The position numbers and the translations under genes were made by a program. Below the pieces are notes generated by a model that was not told the origin of the DNA, ran no database searches, and saw only the letters and a list, made by a program, of their open reading frames with translations. From Psilocybe cubensis (taxonomy: Eukaryota), in the NCBI GenBank assembly GCA_017499595.2, contig CM038999.1, forward strand, positions 2,480,001-2,544,000: DNA of 64,000 bases. Reading direction: 5' to 3'. Positions 22,885 through 36,707 of this stretch are shown one piece after another. The number at the start of each line of letters is the position of its first letter. Positions within the stretch are counted from its first letter, which is position 1.

Positions 22885-24473
22885 ATGTCACTCAAAAGCT
22901 CTAATAATTTCAAGCCAAAATTGCGCGATATTCCAGCGGTATTGACAAAGTAAGCCATGCAGTTAGGATCAACAAAAAGTTCAGTTGCTCATCCGGGCTA
23001 TCAAGGAGGGCTTCACCTGCACTCTTTGCAATCACGATGGGTATGTGGACAATTCATTTGTTTAGTTATGGTTAATCCAATGGTGAGCTGTACTTTTCCC
23101 CTAGGCACTGGAGGAATCAGTGGACTTTTTGCTGCATTTCCTTATGGTCATGGCTCTAGCGCAATGCTCATCCTCAGCACAATCGTGTTTTTTCTGAATT
23201 TATCGCTCTACGTGTTTTTCACAATCCTTTTGATCAGTAAATATCTATGCTATCCGGATAGGTGGAAATCTCTCGTTCGAAATCCAGTGACCAGTTTATT
23301 TGCGGGATGTTTTCCAATGGCTGCCACTACTCTCATCAATGTCGCCGTCCAAGTCATCCACGCGCACTATCATGTTGGTGGCAAAAGATTTCTTTACTTT
23401 ATTTGGTCTATGTGGTGGTTAGATGTCGTCGTCTCATTAATCTGTTGTTGGTTTGGTGTCAACGCTATGTACGTACAATTACCCCTCTGTCGAATGCTTA
23501 ATAATGACAGACCCCTCAAAATACAGGTTTGTATACCAAAAACATACCCTCGAAAACATGTCTGCAACATGGCTACTTCCAATAGTAACTTTGATTGTCG
23601 CAGCTTCCTCTGGGGGGGTTGTCGGCCATGCTTTGACCCAGTACTCTGCAACATACGCTCTAAAAACGGTTGTTGTCAGTATGTTCCTGGTCATCGTGGG
23701 CCTAACATTCGCTCTAATGGTCTTAACTATATACCTACTAAGGCTTATAATACACGGTCTCCCCCCTGGCGCGTCGTTGCTTTCCGTTTTTCTTCCTTTG
23801 GGACCTACCGGTCAATCGGGGTATGCCATACTCCTGGCCGGCCAAAATTTTAGGACTTTGTTCCCGCCACTCTCTGACAGTAGTCAATTCATAAAACTCG
23901 GGACACGCGAAACTTCCGTCGGCATCGTCGTAGAAATTATTTGCTCATGTTCAGCATTCCTCCTTTGGTCTATCGCAACGATGTGGCTGCTCTACGCATT
24001 GCTAGCCGTATATACCGGTTTAAAAAATTCCGCGATACCATATAGAATTTCATTTTGGGGGTTGGTGTTTCCCAACGTTTGTCTATCTATTTTCATTCAG
24101 ATCGCACTTCAATTATAACGCCACTTCTTTACAGACAGTTTATGCCAATTTGACGATTCAAATTGCTTTTGCATTTGATTCAAGAGCGTTTCGTGTGTGG
24201 GGGTCGATATATGCTGTCGGTTCTTTGATTCTATGGCTGTGCCTATTTATCCGGTCAATTTGGGAGTTGAAGAATTTCTTCATTGCTCAAGAAGGGTCTC
24301 CAAGCCATATAATTACCCAAAGAGTAAACCGATATCCGAGCTCCCAATCATCCTTTACTCCGCACCACCGCACCGACTCGGAAAACATCACTTCCCAGAC
24401 CACTGTGAGAAGCCCTCGCAGAACAGACACCAGTCCACAACGCACTGAAACAAGCACAATGACATACCCATAG
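22885..24473 (+). CDS. TDT/SLAC1-family anion transporter (Mae1/Ssu1-like)
   Basis: PALFAITMG|TG, WLLPIV..IVAASSGG, FLPLGPTGQ, FWGLVFPN; about 10 hydrophobic segments. Confidence 0.9.
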
Positions 24474-24897
24474 CGACATACCATTTTGGAATAGTAAACT
24501 TCAAGCATAAGATGAAGAAATTATATGACATTCGGGAAGATGATTTGGTTATGATTTGGATGCGCTGACCGTGACGATTCTGCCATTTTTTGGGAATCAG
24601 AGTATTTTATACATAATTGCCAACTCGAATTTCAACCAGAAGGGTTCAGATTCATATAGTGTTCACGTTCATGGATTGGCGTTAAACGCCATCAGAAAAA
24701 TAAATAACTTCAACCTAAGTACACATTGCAATTAGTATATTTTAGAACAACTACTTGCACTCTACTTGCACACGTTTGTCGAAGCTGGTTAATCTAAAAG
24801 TTTGTTTATGTAAGCAGAATTTGTAAATCTCCATGCTAACTCATGCTAATTATCCATTTTTCTGTGCATCTTGCTATCATCTAATTTACTACCGTCA

Positions 24898-27800
24898 ATG
24901 CCGATACCTAAACGCAAACACTTAGAGGAAGAAGGAAATGGCTATTCATCATCATCATCTTCTTCGTACTCAACAGTAGGATTTTCAGTGGGAGCCGATG
25001 TCGACATTTCGTCTGCTTTGACGGGCAAACGCCCCAAGCTGACTGACAACACAGACGATGACGACCTGTCCAGCTTCCTCCAGGCTTCAATTGCTAAAAG
25101 GTCCATGAAAGAAGGAACCGCGGTCATGAAAAAATCCAAAGGCAAATCTAATCTTGCAAAAGGCGAAGTGGGCGGCGGTAGCTTCCAAAGCATGGGTCAG
25201 TCCGTTCCTGTTGTCGCTTCCAATGACATTTCTGATATATTCATTGAATGCAGGTTTGCACCCATCGCTTCTACGGTCATTAACTTTGCAGGGGTATCGT
25301 ACTCCAACGCCGATACAGCGTCTCTCTATTCCGGCACTATTGGCCAATCCTCCTCGGGATCTTGTCGGCATGGCGCGTACTGGTTCAGGAAAGTCTCTAG
25401 CCTATATGATTCCTCTTGTGAACAGACTGGGGGGCCGTCACTCCACATCATTTGGTGCCAGAGGTCTCATCTTGCTTCCAACTCGTGAATTGGCACTGCA
25501 AGTCCTGAGAGTTGGGAAAGAACTGACCAGAGGGTTTCAGACTGGCAGAGGTGAACATGCTGGGGACAAAGCCAACGAAGATTCCAAGAAGGGAGAAAGT
25601 TTACGCTGGGGTCTGGTTGTCGGAGGCGAGAACCTTGACGAACAATTCGAGATGATTACGAGCAATCCTGATATGTAAGTTCCTTATATTTCTATACAAT
25701 TTCCTAGCTCATTAGAAACAAATGTTTATTCTAGCATTATTGCCACACCTGGGCGCCTACTCCATCTCATTGTCGAGATGGACCTAGATCTCAAAGCCGT
25801 GGAGTGCGTTGTATTTGATGAGGCCGATCGTTTGTTCGAAATGGGTTTTCAAGTCGCGTTAAATGAAATTCTTGGCCGCTTACCTACGACGCGACAAACT
25901 ATTCTCTTTTCTGCGACTTTGCCTAAATCACTTGTCGAGTTCGCGAAAGCCGGTCTGCAAGATCCCAAATTAGTGAGGTTAGATTCCGAAAGCAAGATCA
26001 GCCCAGACCTGAAAATGGCCTTTTTCTCTGTTAAACAAGCTGAAAAAGATGCATGTCTACTATCACTTCTCCGCGACATAATCAAAGTACCGTTCGGCTC
26101 TACCCATGTCAAAACACTTGACGACGACCCTAACTTAACAAATCGTAAACGCAAACACGCGGAACAATTCACCTCTCCTCATCAAACTCTAATATTTACC
26201 GCTACTAAGCACCACGTCGAATACCTCTTGAATTTATTGACTGCTGCGGGTTATTCTGTATCGCATATCTACGGTTCTCTCGACCAGGCAGCTCGTACCT
26301 TCCAAATGGACCAATTCCGTCGCGGCGTTACGAGCATTCTCGTGGTTACAGACGTTGCCGCTCGTGGTATCGATATCCCAGTCCTTGAAAATGTCGTGAA
26401 CTACGACTTCCCTCAAGGAGCGAGAGTTTTCGTTCACCGCGTTGGAAGAACTGCTCGCGCAGGTCGCCAAGGTTGGGCATGGTCATTTGTGACCAATACC
26501 GAACTACCGTACCTGCTAGACCTTCAACTGTTCCTAGGAAGACCATTGATCAACGACGTAAATGAACAGGGCGAACATGTTTACACCGAATCTCTCGTTT
26601 TAGGAAATTTCCAGAGGGAAAAAATTGACGAAGATGTCGAATATATCCGTTCTCTTGACACTGCCGTACATTCTTTGCCTGTTCTTCGCGAAGTTATGAA
26701 ACGTGGTCATACAATGTACGAACGCAGCAAAGGACAAGCTAGTCCACAGAGTTATAAACGCGCGAAGGAAATTATTAAAGACCCAAAATGGTTGTTGGCT
26801 GGATCGCACTCTGGTATACACCCTGTGCTGTTACGAGGTCCCGGGGCTGATGAAAAGCGACAGCTGGAGGATACGAGAAAAAGCTTGCTCAACCTTGTCA
26901 ACTCGTTCAGCCCCTCAGAGACAGTATTTGAGGTAACATCAAAAGGTGGCAGTGAAAATGCGGCTTTGATGAAAGAGCGAAGGAAGGCGCTGGAAAAATC
27001 TAACCAGCGAAGGATCGTGAATGCCTCAATATTGGAACAAGGACCAGAGGATGAAGGGCCCATTCCCACGCAAAATGTAGAAATGGCAGATGAAAGCGAC
27101 ATTGTGGTAAGTTTCACTCTCTTATTGTGCATGTATACAGTTTTAAGCTCTCCCGCAGGCCGTTTTTGGTTCCGGAGATGCTAAGAGATGTTTTCGCGAC
27201 GAGGATTTCTATTTATCACATTACCAAAAGGATGCAAACACAGAGAAGGGGTAAGCACGTATAAGAAATAACCTTGTATAAAATCCTTATAATCATTTGT
27301 CTCAGTTATTCTTTGACCGATGGGGCGTCCTCGTTCATCAGGCAAGCGTCCAAAGTTGCGTTTGATCTCACCAATGACGAGGGGAAGGCAGAAAGGAGTA
27401 GCAATTATCAGACATGGGATAAAAAGAAGAAGAAGTTCATCCAAGGAGATGGTGCTGGTGCCGATAACGTTAAAATGGTGCGCACGGAAAACGGTACTCG
27501 TCTTCCAGCGACGTTCCGTAGCGGGCGGTTTGACGAATGGAAAAACAAGAGCCGAGTGAGCTTGCCTAGAATAGGAGAGGTGGAAAATTTGTCTTCCACA
27601 AATAAGGCTTCAGGACCTGGAGGCCGTCGCTTCAAACATCACAAGATCATCGAGGCCAAACCTCTCAATAAGCAGAACACTGATTATGACCGCAAGATCC
27701 GTCAATTGAAGAAGAAGAGCGAAAATGCAGAGTCATCTGGAAGCATGGCTTCACAACACACCTCTGGTAACAGGTTGGGAGGTCGCCGTGGATCTACTGG

Positions 27801-27939
27801 TAAGACATACGGGCGCGTCAAGACCGAACTGAAGACGGCGGAACAGATCAGAAAAGATCGGAAGATCATGGAAAGGCGCAAGGCGAAGAATGCACGCCCA
27901 TCGAAGGCAGGAAGGAAGAAAGGAAAGGGCCGGCATTAA
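24898..27939 (+). CDS. DBP10: DEAD-box RNA helicase Dbp10 (60S biogenesis)
   Basis: GGGSFQSMG, MARTGSGKS, PTRELA, DEAD, SAT, HRVGRTARAG, C-terminal WDKKKKKF and G.RLPATFRSG. Confidence 0.95.
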
Positions 27940-28114
27940 AGCAAGAATTGCATTTCTACATTCACTTCACACTCGAAAAGGCGGCTTCGCCGCAATTGCC
28001 TGCCATGCCAGTAAAATTGTGTTTGCTATTGTGTACTAGATTACATGTAATAATTATGTGTATCCAGATTACCTACCCATGGCAGGTAATTAACACATTG
28101 AAACAGTAAAAACA

Positions 28115-29975
28115 TCATTTCTGCGGGGTAGAGGCGTACTCCCATTTTGCACTTCTACCAGGATTTACTTTTGCATTGGTTTTACCTTCCAGTAGATCCA
28201 CACCGACGCTTCTCAATGCGTTAACGCACCATTCCGGGTAACCAGAATCCCCAAAATATGAAGCAAAAAAGGCTCGCAAATAATCTGGGAATCTATCCTC
28301 AATGATGGCTTTTCTTGCGCGACCCATTACTTGAGCTTGGAATACGATATTGTGAAGAGTGAGGGCTGGAAAGAAAATAGTCATACGAAGTCAATTTCCA
28401 TGGCCACGAAGCCTGTTGACATACCATGAGCAGCTGCTGTTTCGTGGGTGACTATGTGATGAAGCATAGCTCTCGAGGTTTTGTCTGTACAAGTTGGGCA
28501 AGGACATGTTTCGTCCAGTGTTCGGAGGTCATTAGCATGCTTATTGAGTTCTGCGAAGAAGATAATAGTCAGTCAGACAGCTAAGTTTCCTCGACTCAAC
28601 CGATTAACTTCTTACTAAGGTTAAGGGGCCCGTTGTGTGTCAGTGCGACTCCAAACCGAGCAGTACGTGTTGGAAATACACAGTCAGCCTACGAAAGAAT
28701 CAGCATTGAAATAATAAAGTTGGTTGGAATTGCACCATATCAACTCCCAGTGCAACGCAAACAAGTAGATCTAGGCCAATGGTCCAATCTTTCTCGTCTG
28801 TAAATTAGGAGGAGAACTCAAACCTTCAGCGAATCCTATTCCCATCGAATATCTGGGCCCTGGAACACTTCGTAAGTAGATGAACCAAAGGAATTTACAG
28901 ATTAGGTACGGACTTTCTTCAGGCAGTCTCTCCGCACATTGCTTGATACTTAAATGGTTGTTTAATCACTGTGTGCGCCGAATTATCTTCACTTACATTC
29001 TCCAAAATACATCTGGATGTGCCTTTAGCACGAGTGACGAACAGTAGATGTAATACATACCCTTTTCTTCTCCACCACTCAAGCCTCCAATTGCATATCC
29101 AGCAACTCCGTCGCGACGTTCAATCATTGCATCGATACATCGATCCCGAAGGACAGGGTCAAGGCCTCCTTGCACAATGGCAAACAGGTTTTGTGTGTCT
29201 TTCTTCCCGGATTTTTCATGCTGCACTATACAACGATCAAGCCATCTTACAGATCGCTCCATAGCCTCTTCTACTCGAGATCCCGTCGTTAGACTGGACA
29301 CTATTTTGCCTTAAGCAAATGTAAATATACGATAATTAGAGTACTGACCTACGTCGTCAAGTTGCATTATGATATCTGCACCAATGCTGTGCTGTATTGA
29401 TATACTCTCTTCTGGCTTTTCTTGCTGCATTAATTTGATCGAAGACCATCAATAACAATTTTAAGGCTCACCGTGAGCATGGTAGGTTCTCCGGTAAAAG
29501 GGCTGGAAAACAAAGCCCCTTCTTCTGTGATCGTTGTAAATTTACTCAGGGAAACAAGCTGGAATCCGCCGCTATCCTATCGTCCAGTGACAAGAATATG
29601 TTGGCATGATGAGAAAATACTCCAGCATGTAAGTAGAATGGCTTGCTGACTGTCAATAAATTGCGATCCCATCCTTGAAATTTATGAGCACCTCCGGCGG
29701 CATTAAGCACCGCAAGCCCAGGTCGAAGATTAAGATGATATGTATTGTTGAGAATTAATGTGACTCCAAGAGATTCCATTTGCTGTGTCGTTAAACCTTT
29801 AATTGCCGCTTGCGTTGCTACTGGCATGAAAGTAGGCAGCATAGTTACACCGTCTAAGATAGTGGGTTAGCTGAGAAGTCCCTCGTCGAATGAAAAAGAA
29901 ACACTTGCGGGCTAGTGTCATACGCGATACTCTAGCCTTTGTAGTGTGGCATTTTGCGATTATTTCAAACTGCAT
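28115..29975 (-). CDS. QTRT1: Queuine tRNA-ribosyltransferase catalytic subunit (eukaryotic TGT)
   Basis: [48 protein letters not shown], Zn motif CPCPTC...H; first intron is GC-AG. Confidence 0.95.
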
Positions 29976-30264
29976 AGCAAGACGTTTATGCGTGGTCTGA
30001 AGGCTTGATGCCAGCTTTTATGTATTACTGAACAAATTGAGTGCTCGATGGGGAAGAAGGGAAGAGCAAGGAAGTGATCTGCAAGTCTAAAATTAACATC
30101 CGGAAGTGAACAATGTTTGTACCGAATGTGTTTGGTAAACATTACACTACAGCTAATTATGGATCACGGGAGCTATGGCCTTCCAAGAGGTGTTCATCAA
30201 CCAACTACTTACATCACGCAAGTCTTTGGCCCCTACAAAGGTCGTGTCTGCGGAACAACCCACA

Positions 30265-33136
30265 ATGATTACGAATATCCTGAGTCCATTATTCTTCCTA
30301 TACTTTGGTCTCGCTCAAGCTTTTTACCTCCCCGGTGCTGCGCCCCATAATTATGTTGAAGGCGACAATGTTGATCTCTTTGTCAACGCATTAACGCCAA
30401 TGCGTTCTCTCACTAACGAGAAAGTGGTATGTATATGCTATTTGCTCAATGCTTCAGCCCATTAATCATCCATTCAGAACTCTCTTATCAACTGTGAGAT
30501 ATAAATGCCTGTCGTTCGTTTTCCAACTTTTATGACATTGTTGAAGATGACTACTATCACCCCAAGCTTCGATTTTGTGAACCAATGGGAGGTCCCAAAA
30601 AGCAGCCAGAATCTTTAGGGTCTATTTTGTTTGGTGACAGGATTTTTAATTCACCTTACGATGTAAGTGTACTTTCTACATTGTTTCTTATATGTAATCA
30701 TTTACTAGATTAAAAAAAAATAGATCAAAATGCTCAAAGACAACGATACATGCAGAACTCTCTGCGTCGTCTCAGATGTGACTGGCGATGAGGCAAAGTT
30801 CATCAATGACCGCATACGGGAAGATTATGCGATAAACTGGCTTATTGATGGACTACCAGCCGCTGAAATGAAGATCGAAGCGAAAACGAAAGAGCTATTT
30901 TTCGACATGGGATTTAACCTTGGGGATAACGAAGGCAAACATCAAAATCTACCAGCACTTAATAACCATTATGAAATTGTGCTCAGGTAATCTTTAGCCT
31001 TTTAACTCACCACTTAGTTGTAAAAGAATGTCCCTAGGTACCATCGTCCAACCCCGGAAACATACCGTGTCGTTGGTGTCCTCGTCTGGCCTGCAAGGTG
31101 TGTTAGGAAATAACTTAAATCAAACTACCCTGACTTCCATCATCTTCTAGCATTGGTGGCGTTCAAACCTCAACTCCCAATTGTGATTCGAGGAATGCCC
31201 AACCTTTGATACTGAGCGAAGACCGCTCACAGTCTATTCGATATACTTACAGGGTGTCGTGGAATGTAGGACCTTTTGTTGCGCTCGAACTCTGTGCCAC
31301 TTACTCCTCCTCAATAACAGGAATCGGATACCCCTTGGGTGAGTGCTGAATGTGGGAAATTAAATGTTATATCTAAATTGTTGCGGAGGCGACACGTTGG
31401 GACAATTATCTTCATATCTTTGACCCTCGAATTCACTGGTTCAGCTTGATAAATTCGATAGTTGTCGTCGTTTTGCTATGTGTTATGGTATCCATGATTC
31501 TGGTTCGCACCGTTTCTCGTGATGTAGGTAATCTGTTCTTAGGTCTTGATTTCGATTCTAATCTTCTCGTGACATGTAGATCAGTCGCTACAATGCTATT
31601 GAAGTTAGCGTATGTTTCATTTTGGTCGTTCTCTCTACCGTTGTCCAATTTTGTTATTTTACAGGAAGATGTACAAGAGGACTGGGGCTGGAAACTTGTC
31701 CACGGAGAAGTCTTCCGCGCTCCAAGGAACTCTTTACCACTTTCAGTTCTGGTCGGTAATGGTTCGCAGTTAATGGCTATGACAATTGTGACTTTGGGTA
31801 TGATATTGTCTTATTCTGGTGTGCATACCGGAGCTAAATATCTTCAGTGTTCGCCTTGATGGGCTTCTTGTCACCTTCTAATCGTGGATCTTTGGCTACT
31901 GTGATGATGGTTTGTTGGTCATTCTTCGGAAGGTGAGCTCCCTCTTCTAAAAGTAATCTTTCAACTTGTCTTATGAAGTGAGCAGCGTTGGCGGATACTT
32001 CTCAAGCAGAGTTTATGCCTCTCTTGGTGGCACAAATCGGAGAAAAAATGCGTTTGTTACTGCCACTGCTCTGCCGACGTATGGTTCTTTCGAAACACTT
32101 AACACCGCATTGCCTGATCTACACCGTTATAGGTTCATTTTCATCATCGTTTTCCTTCTGAACTTTTTCCTACTGTCTGCTGGTTCATCAGGCGCTGTTC
32201 CATTCGGTACGTTGTTTGGACAACCTGGCTTATTTTCAGGCTAATTGTACAAAGGTACCATGTTGCTCATCATCATTATGTGGTTTGGTATCTCTGCGCC
32301 TCTATCTGCTATTGGTTCCTATTTTGGAGCCAAACATGGTGTAAGTTGTACCTTTAGCATATATATTTTACTTACTAGATATTCCCCAATCGCCAGCGCA
32401 TACAAAACGTCGGTCGAGTGAACCCTATACCAAGACAGATTCCTCCCGGCCCTAAATACCTCAGACCCTTGGTAGGACAATTTGTGACCCCTTGGAGACT
32501 TTTTGGTTTTGACCTTGATCGTTGTTTACAAATTCAGGCGGCGTCGCTTCTCGGCGGAATTCTTCCATTTGGTGTGTGTCGCAAATATAACTACTGTAGC
32601 AAAGTTTGACATTTCATATAGGGGCCGCATTTGTTGAGCTGTACTTTGTTCTGTCTAGTCTTTTCGCCTCCAGGGCATACTATGCCTTTGGATTCCTGGC
32701 TCTAACCGCTGGTGTTGTTGCTCTGACAACTGCGACAGTAACAATCCTATTTACGTATTTTCTCCTGTGTGCTGAAGAATATAGGCAGGCGTTTCCTTTT
32801 TCTGGGTTCATAAAATGACATTGCGGCTAACATCTATGTAAACTTAGATGGCATTGGCGATCCTTCCTCATTGGCGGAGGCAGCGCATTCTGGGTCATGA
32901 CCTACGGACTCTTCTATTGGGCTACACAACTTAGATTAGAATCTTTCTCCAGCGTAGTTCTATACTTGGGCTACCTGTTTCTCATTTCTGTCCTTGATTT
33001 CTTGGTAACAGGTATGCCATCTTGAAATCTTGACCTCATTTTCCTGCTGACGGATCATGGCCTCGCAGGAACTATCGGATTTTTTGCGTCGTACTGGGTT
33101 ATTAGAAAAATTTACAGTGCTATTCGCGTTGATTAA
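30265..33136 (+). CDS. EMP70: Nonaspanin / TM9SF protein (Emp70/Tmn)
   Basis: Signal peptide then AFYLPG, SLGSILFGDRI, IHWFSLINS, GWKLVHGEVFR, GILPFG, C-terminal IRVD*; about 20 exons. Confidence 0.95.
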
Positions 33137-33964
33137 TTTAGACTAAATATGTTTCGTATTACAAATGTCCCCCTAATAAGGAGAACAATTGGGAAGCTTG
33201 GTCCTCTTTGTACTGCTAGGGACCCGAAATACTCAAGCATACATGTGACGACCAATATTTTTGACCGTTACCCAGTGCGAACTTACTAGCAAGACCTGCT
33301 GACGTTTGTGATGCCGCAAGATTCTACTAGAGTATGCCAGGTACTAGCATAGCAAATTAATCGTTCTTCATGACATTGCTTCCTTGAATTTGTTACTTAC
33401 GATGGTCCTGCACCTACAATCAAGCGCCAGCATCACATATCTCAAGTAGCTGTTGTCCAATACCCCAACAAATCTATATCATGCTTACTAAATGGTCACT
33501 GCTATTTTTTGCAAGAAATTATGCGGGATAATCGAAAGCAAATTTCCCGCTGCTGTCGTCAGAAACTATCTACTCCCATTATAGTTATTTTCATATCGAT
33601 AGACCCAGACTTATCCGCTAAATTTACACACACACGGACAATGAATTTTATTGAGCGGAGCATAAAATTTAAAGGCGGCAAATCAAGAGAACTAGCAAAA
33701 TCGTCGATGAGTATTTGCAAAAAAGTCGACTACGAGAACTAAATCCATACCACCACATCAGCAGCATCCTAGAGACACTCCCTTCTCAAACTGAAAGGCA
33801 TGTCAGCGCTTTTCTGCAAGATCGTACCATAGATTAAAATAAAATCAACATAGGGGCATTCCTTATGTAACTCCGTTACGCAGAAATTCAAGTCCGACTG
33901 TATGAATATATTTTTACGTTGGGCCTATCGATAGGAAAATAGCTGTAATTAGCTCTGTATGTTA

Positions 33965-35736
33965 CTAGATATCTTCGTCGCTGACAACCAAAACCATCAT
34001 TTTGTCCTTTCCAGCCCGTATAATGAGAAAGTTTCCGTCAAGCAGGTCCTCTGGCGATGCCTTATATTGCACATCTGTTACTGATCGGTTATTGAGATAT
34101 AAACCTCTCGAAGCCACGAGCATTTTAGATGCAGCTTTGATGATGTAAACCCATCAGAAGTCACATTCTGCAAGGTAACGTTCACTTACAATTTGAGGCG
34201 ACTAAACCGTATTTGGCTGCCAGTTTCGGTATAGGCATGCTGAGAATGTCAGATTTGGCCACTCTGACTAATCGCGGGTCGTTTCCCAGGGATGTTGTGA
34301 CGTCCTCAGCTTTCAGTTCTGAATAGTCTGAACCAAACAGCAATGTCGTCATGAGATTTGCTCGAGCGACTCCGCTTTCTGTGTTTCTTTCAGAAAAAAA
34401 TATTAGAGGTGCAGAAAATCACTTACTCGAATGAACCATCTCGGTCACCTCTGCAGCAAGATGATGCTGAGCGATACGATTCTCAGGAAATTCCTGTCCG
34501 AGATCTATTAATCCCATAAGCATAAACGAAACGAGACATGCGCACCCGATGCTGCTGCATTACATCGGAAATTTCTGATAGCGGCATGAAGGTAAAGAGT
34601 TTCAAATATTTTTCCACGTCTGCATCAGTGACTTTGAGGAAATACTACCAAAATATTATTATTGAGTTCACGCCAAGAACTATGAAATGACATACTTGAT
34701 AAAAGTCAAAAACACTTGTGAGCTGTGGATCTAACCATACTGCATTTCCTGCACTTTTGCCAAACTTTTCTCCGGTTGACGTTGTAAGAAGAGGGGTAGT
34801 TATTCCAAACGAATCATTGGAGGAAAAATCAGGCTGAAATTTTCCAATCAACTCCAGCCCTGCCACGATGTTGCCCCATTGATCCGAGCCCCCAATCTGG
34901 ATTGTACACCCAAAGTGTTTATATAAATGATAGAAGTCGTAGGCTTGCAACAGCTGATACGTGAATTCAGTGAAAGAAAGCCCCTGCTGAGATGAAAGCC
35001 GGGACCGAACGCTAAACAACGCCGTGAAAATGTAATATATGTGTTGACGGACATGGCAAGTACCTCTCTCTGTTGAGCATAGTGCCAACTCGTGCATGCA
35101 CCCCTACTGTTTGTAGGAATTGCAGCAGACCAGTAGATCCATGCCAATCCAAGTTGTTTAAAATGTGCGGCTCCTGAAAAACACCATCCTGTGATTCTGA
35201 CCGAGATGCTGCGTAGAGCAAAGCGTTTTGGAAAAAGCGCTGGATGCTAGAAGTCAGGTTGACAGCATTGGCTTCCACTTCCGAAGCATGGGCTAGCTGA
35301 CGTTCTACGAGGCGGCCGGATGGGTCTCCCACGCGACCAGTGGCTCCTCCGATCTGAGAGAGAGAGAAGAAGTGAGCGTCGGTTTCGGAATTCTGTAAGG
35401 TCAAGTCTCACTAATGGAAGAATACGGTGTCCATGAAATTGGAAATGCAGCAAACACAAAAGAGGAACAAGATGCCCAATGTGTAGGGCTTTGGCGGTGG
35501 GATCGACACCGACATATACTGTCTGTTTTTTTGATGACAATGCAATCGCTAACGCGTCGCGTCTAGGATACCAAGATTAACGGTTCACACTGGCGATATA
35601 AAACGTCAAACCTTGATACATCCTGGATGAACCCTCGCTCAGCCAGGTCATCGAGTAAAGGGACAGGTGAGCGATGATACCGTCTGACGAAGACGGGGGC
35701 AAGTTTCGGTAATGGAGATAGTCGTCTGACCCACAT
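33965..35736 (-). CDS. MSY1: Mitochondrial tyrosyl-tRNA synthetase
   Basis: Arg-rich presequence [49 protein letters not shown]-terminal S4-like domain. Confidence 0.95.
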
Positions 35737-35944
35737 GATGCGGAGAGAAGTGTGACCGCGTCAAAATTGCAGGAGCCATGGCGTCTTTGATGGGAACGGT
35801 GTTGCAGACGGACAATGGCAGCACTCTAAACGCACAGTGACCTCAAATTGTTTGTTATTGCTCACAGACCACCCTTCAGCGTATTGGCCTAATCAGGACC
35901 CCACCTTGCCCGCCATACTTCCCCCTCTTAATTACACATTGCTT

Positions 35945-35953
35945 TCACGTGAC
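35945..35953. promoter_or_regulatory. TCACGTGAC E-box in the MSY1/RPS23 divergent promoter
   Basis: Reverse complement GTCACGTGA matches the Cbf1-type consensus, 100 nt upstream of the RPS23 ATG. Confidence 0.45.
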
Positions 35954-36052
35954 ATCGGAGTTTTATAACTATAACAGTTTTGCAAATAAGGTTTATCGGC
36001 TGTTCCCTGACCAGTCTATCGCTCCCATCAGCATCGTTCTCCAACCGCAAGA

Positions 36053-36707
36053 ATGGGCTGTACGTCGTTCTCCTCCTCAGCGCACCGTAGTCTAGTGCTA
36101 ATCCTCTATTTTATGTAGCTAACAAACCTCGTGGTCTTCAAGCCGCTCGTAAGCTCAGGACTGACCGCAAGGAAAACCGATGGGTGAGGGCTTTTGCTTG
36201 CTCTCTCAACCTCAGGTGTTGATGTACATGCTTGCAGGCCGACAAAACCTATAAGAAACGTGCCCTAGGAAACATCTACAAGACCTCCCCCACAGGAGGG
36301 TCCTCTCATGCCAAGGGCATTGTTTTGGAGAAAGTCGGTGTCGAGGCCAAACAGCCCAACTCTGCTATCCGCAAGTGTGTGCGTGTGCAGTTGATCAAAA
36401 ACGGAAAGAAAGTCACCGCTTTCGTTCCCGTAAGTGTTGTTTTATTTTCAGAGTTGCCTTGCCTTATCTTGTTTCACAGAACGATGGTTGCCTCAACTTC
36501 GTTGACGAGAACGACGAAGTCCTCATCTCAGGTTTCGGTCGCCGCGGAAAGGCCAAGGGTGATATTCCCGGTGTGCGTTTCAAGGTTGTGAAGGTGTCTG
36601 GCGTTGGCCTATTGGCCTTGTGGAAGGAGAAGAAGGTCCGTCAAATTGTTTGCCTTTTCCGTTCACTTCGATGCCAACTGTTTTTTTAGGAGAAGCCCAG
36701 ATCATAA
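36053..36707 (+). CDS. RPS23: 40S ribosomal protein S23 (uS12)
   Basis: [52 protein letters not shown]; 5 exons. Confidence 0.98.

Noticed and set aside
24751..24849. Short direct repeats CTACTTGCAC x2 and CATGCTAA x2 upstream of DBP10
   Set aside because: Two-copy micro-duplications matching no known motif; likely slippage
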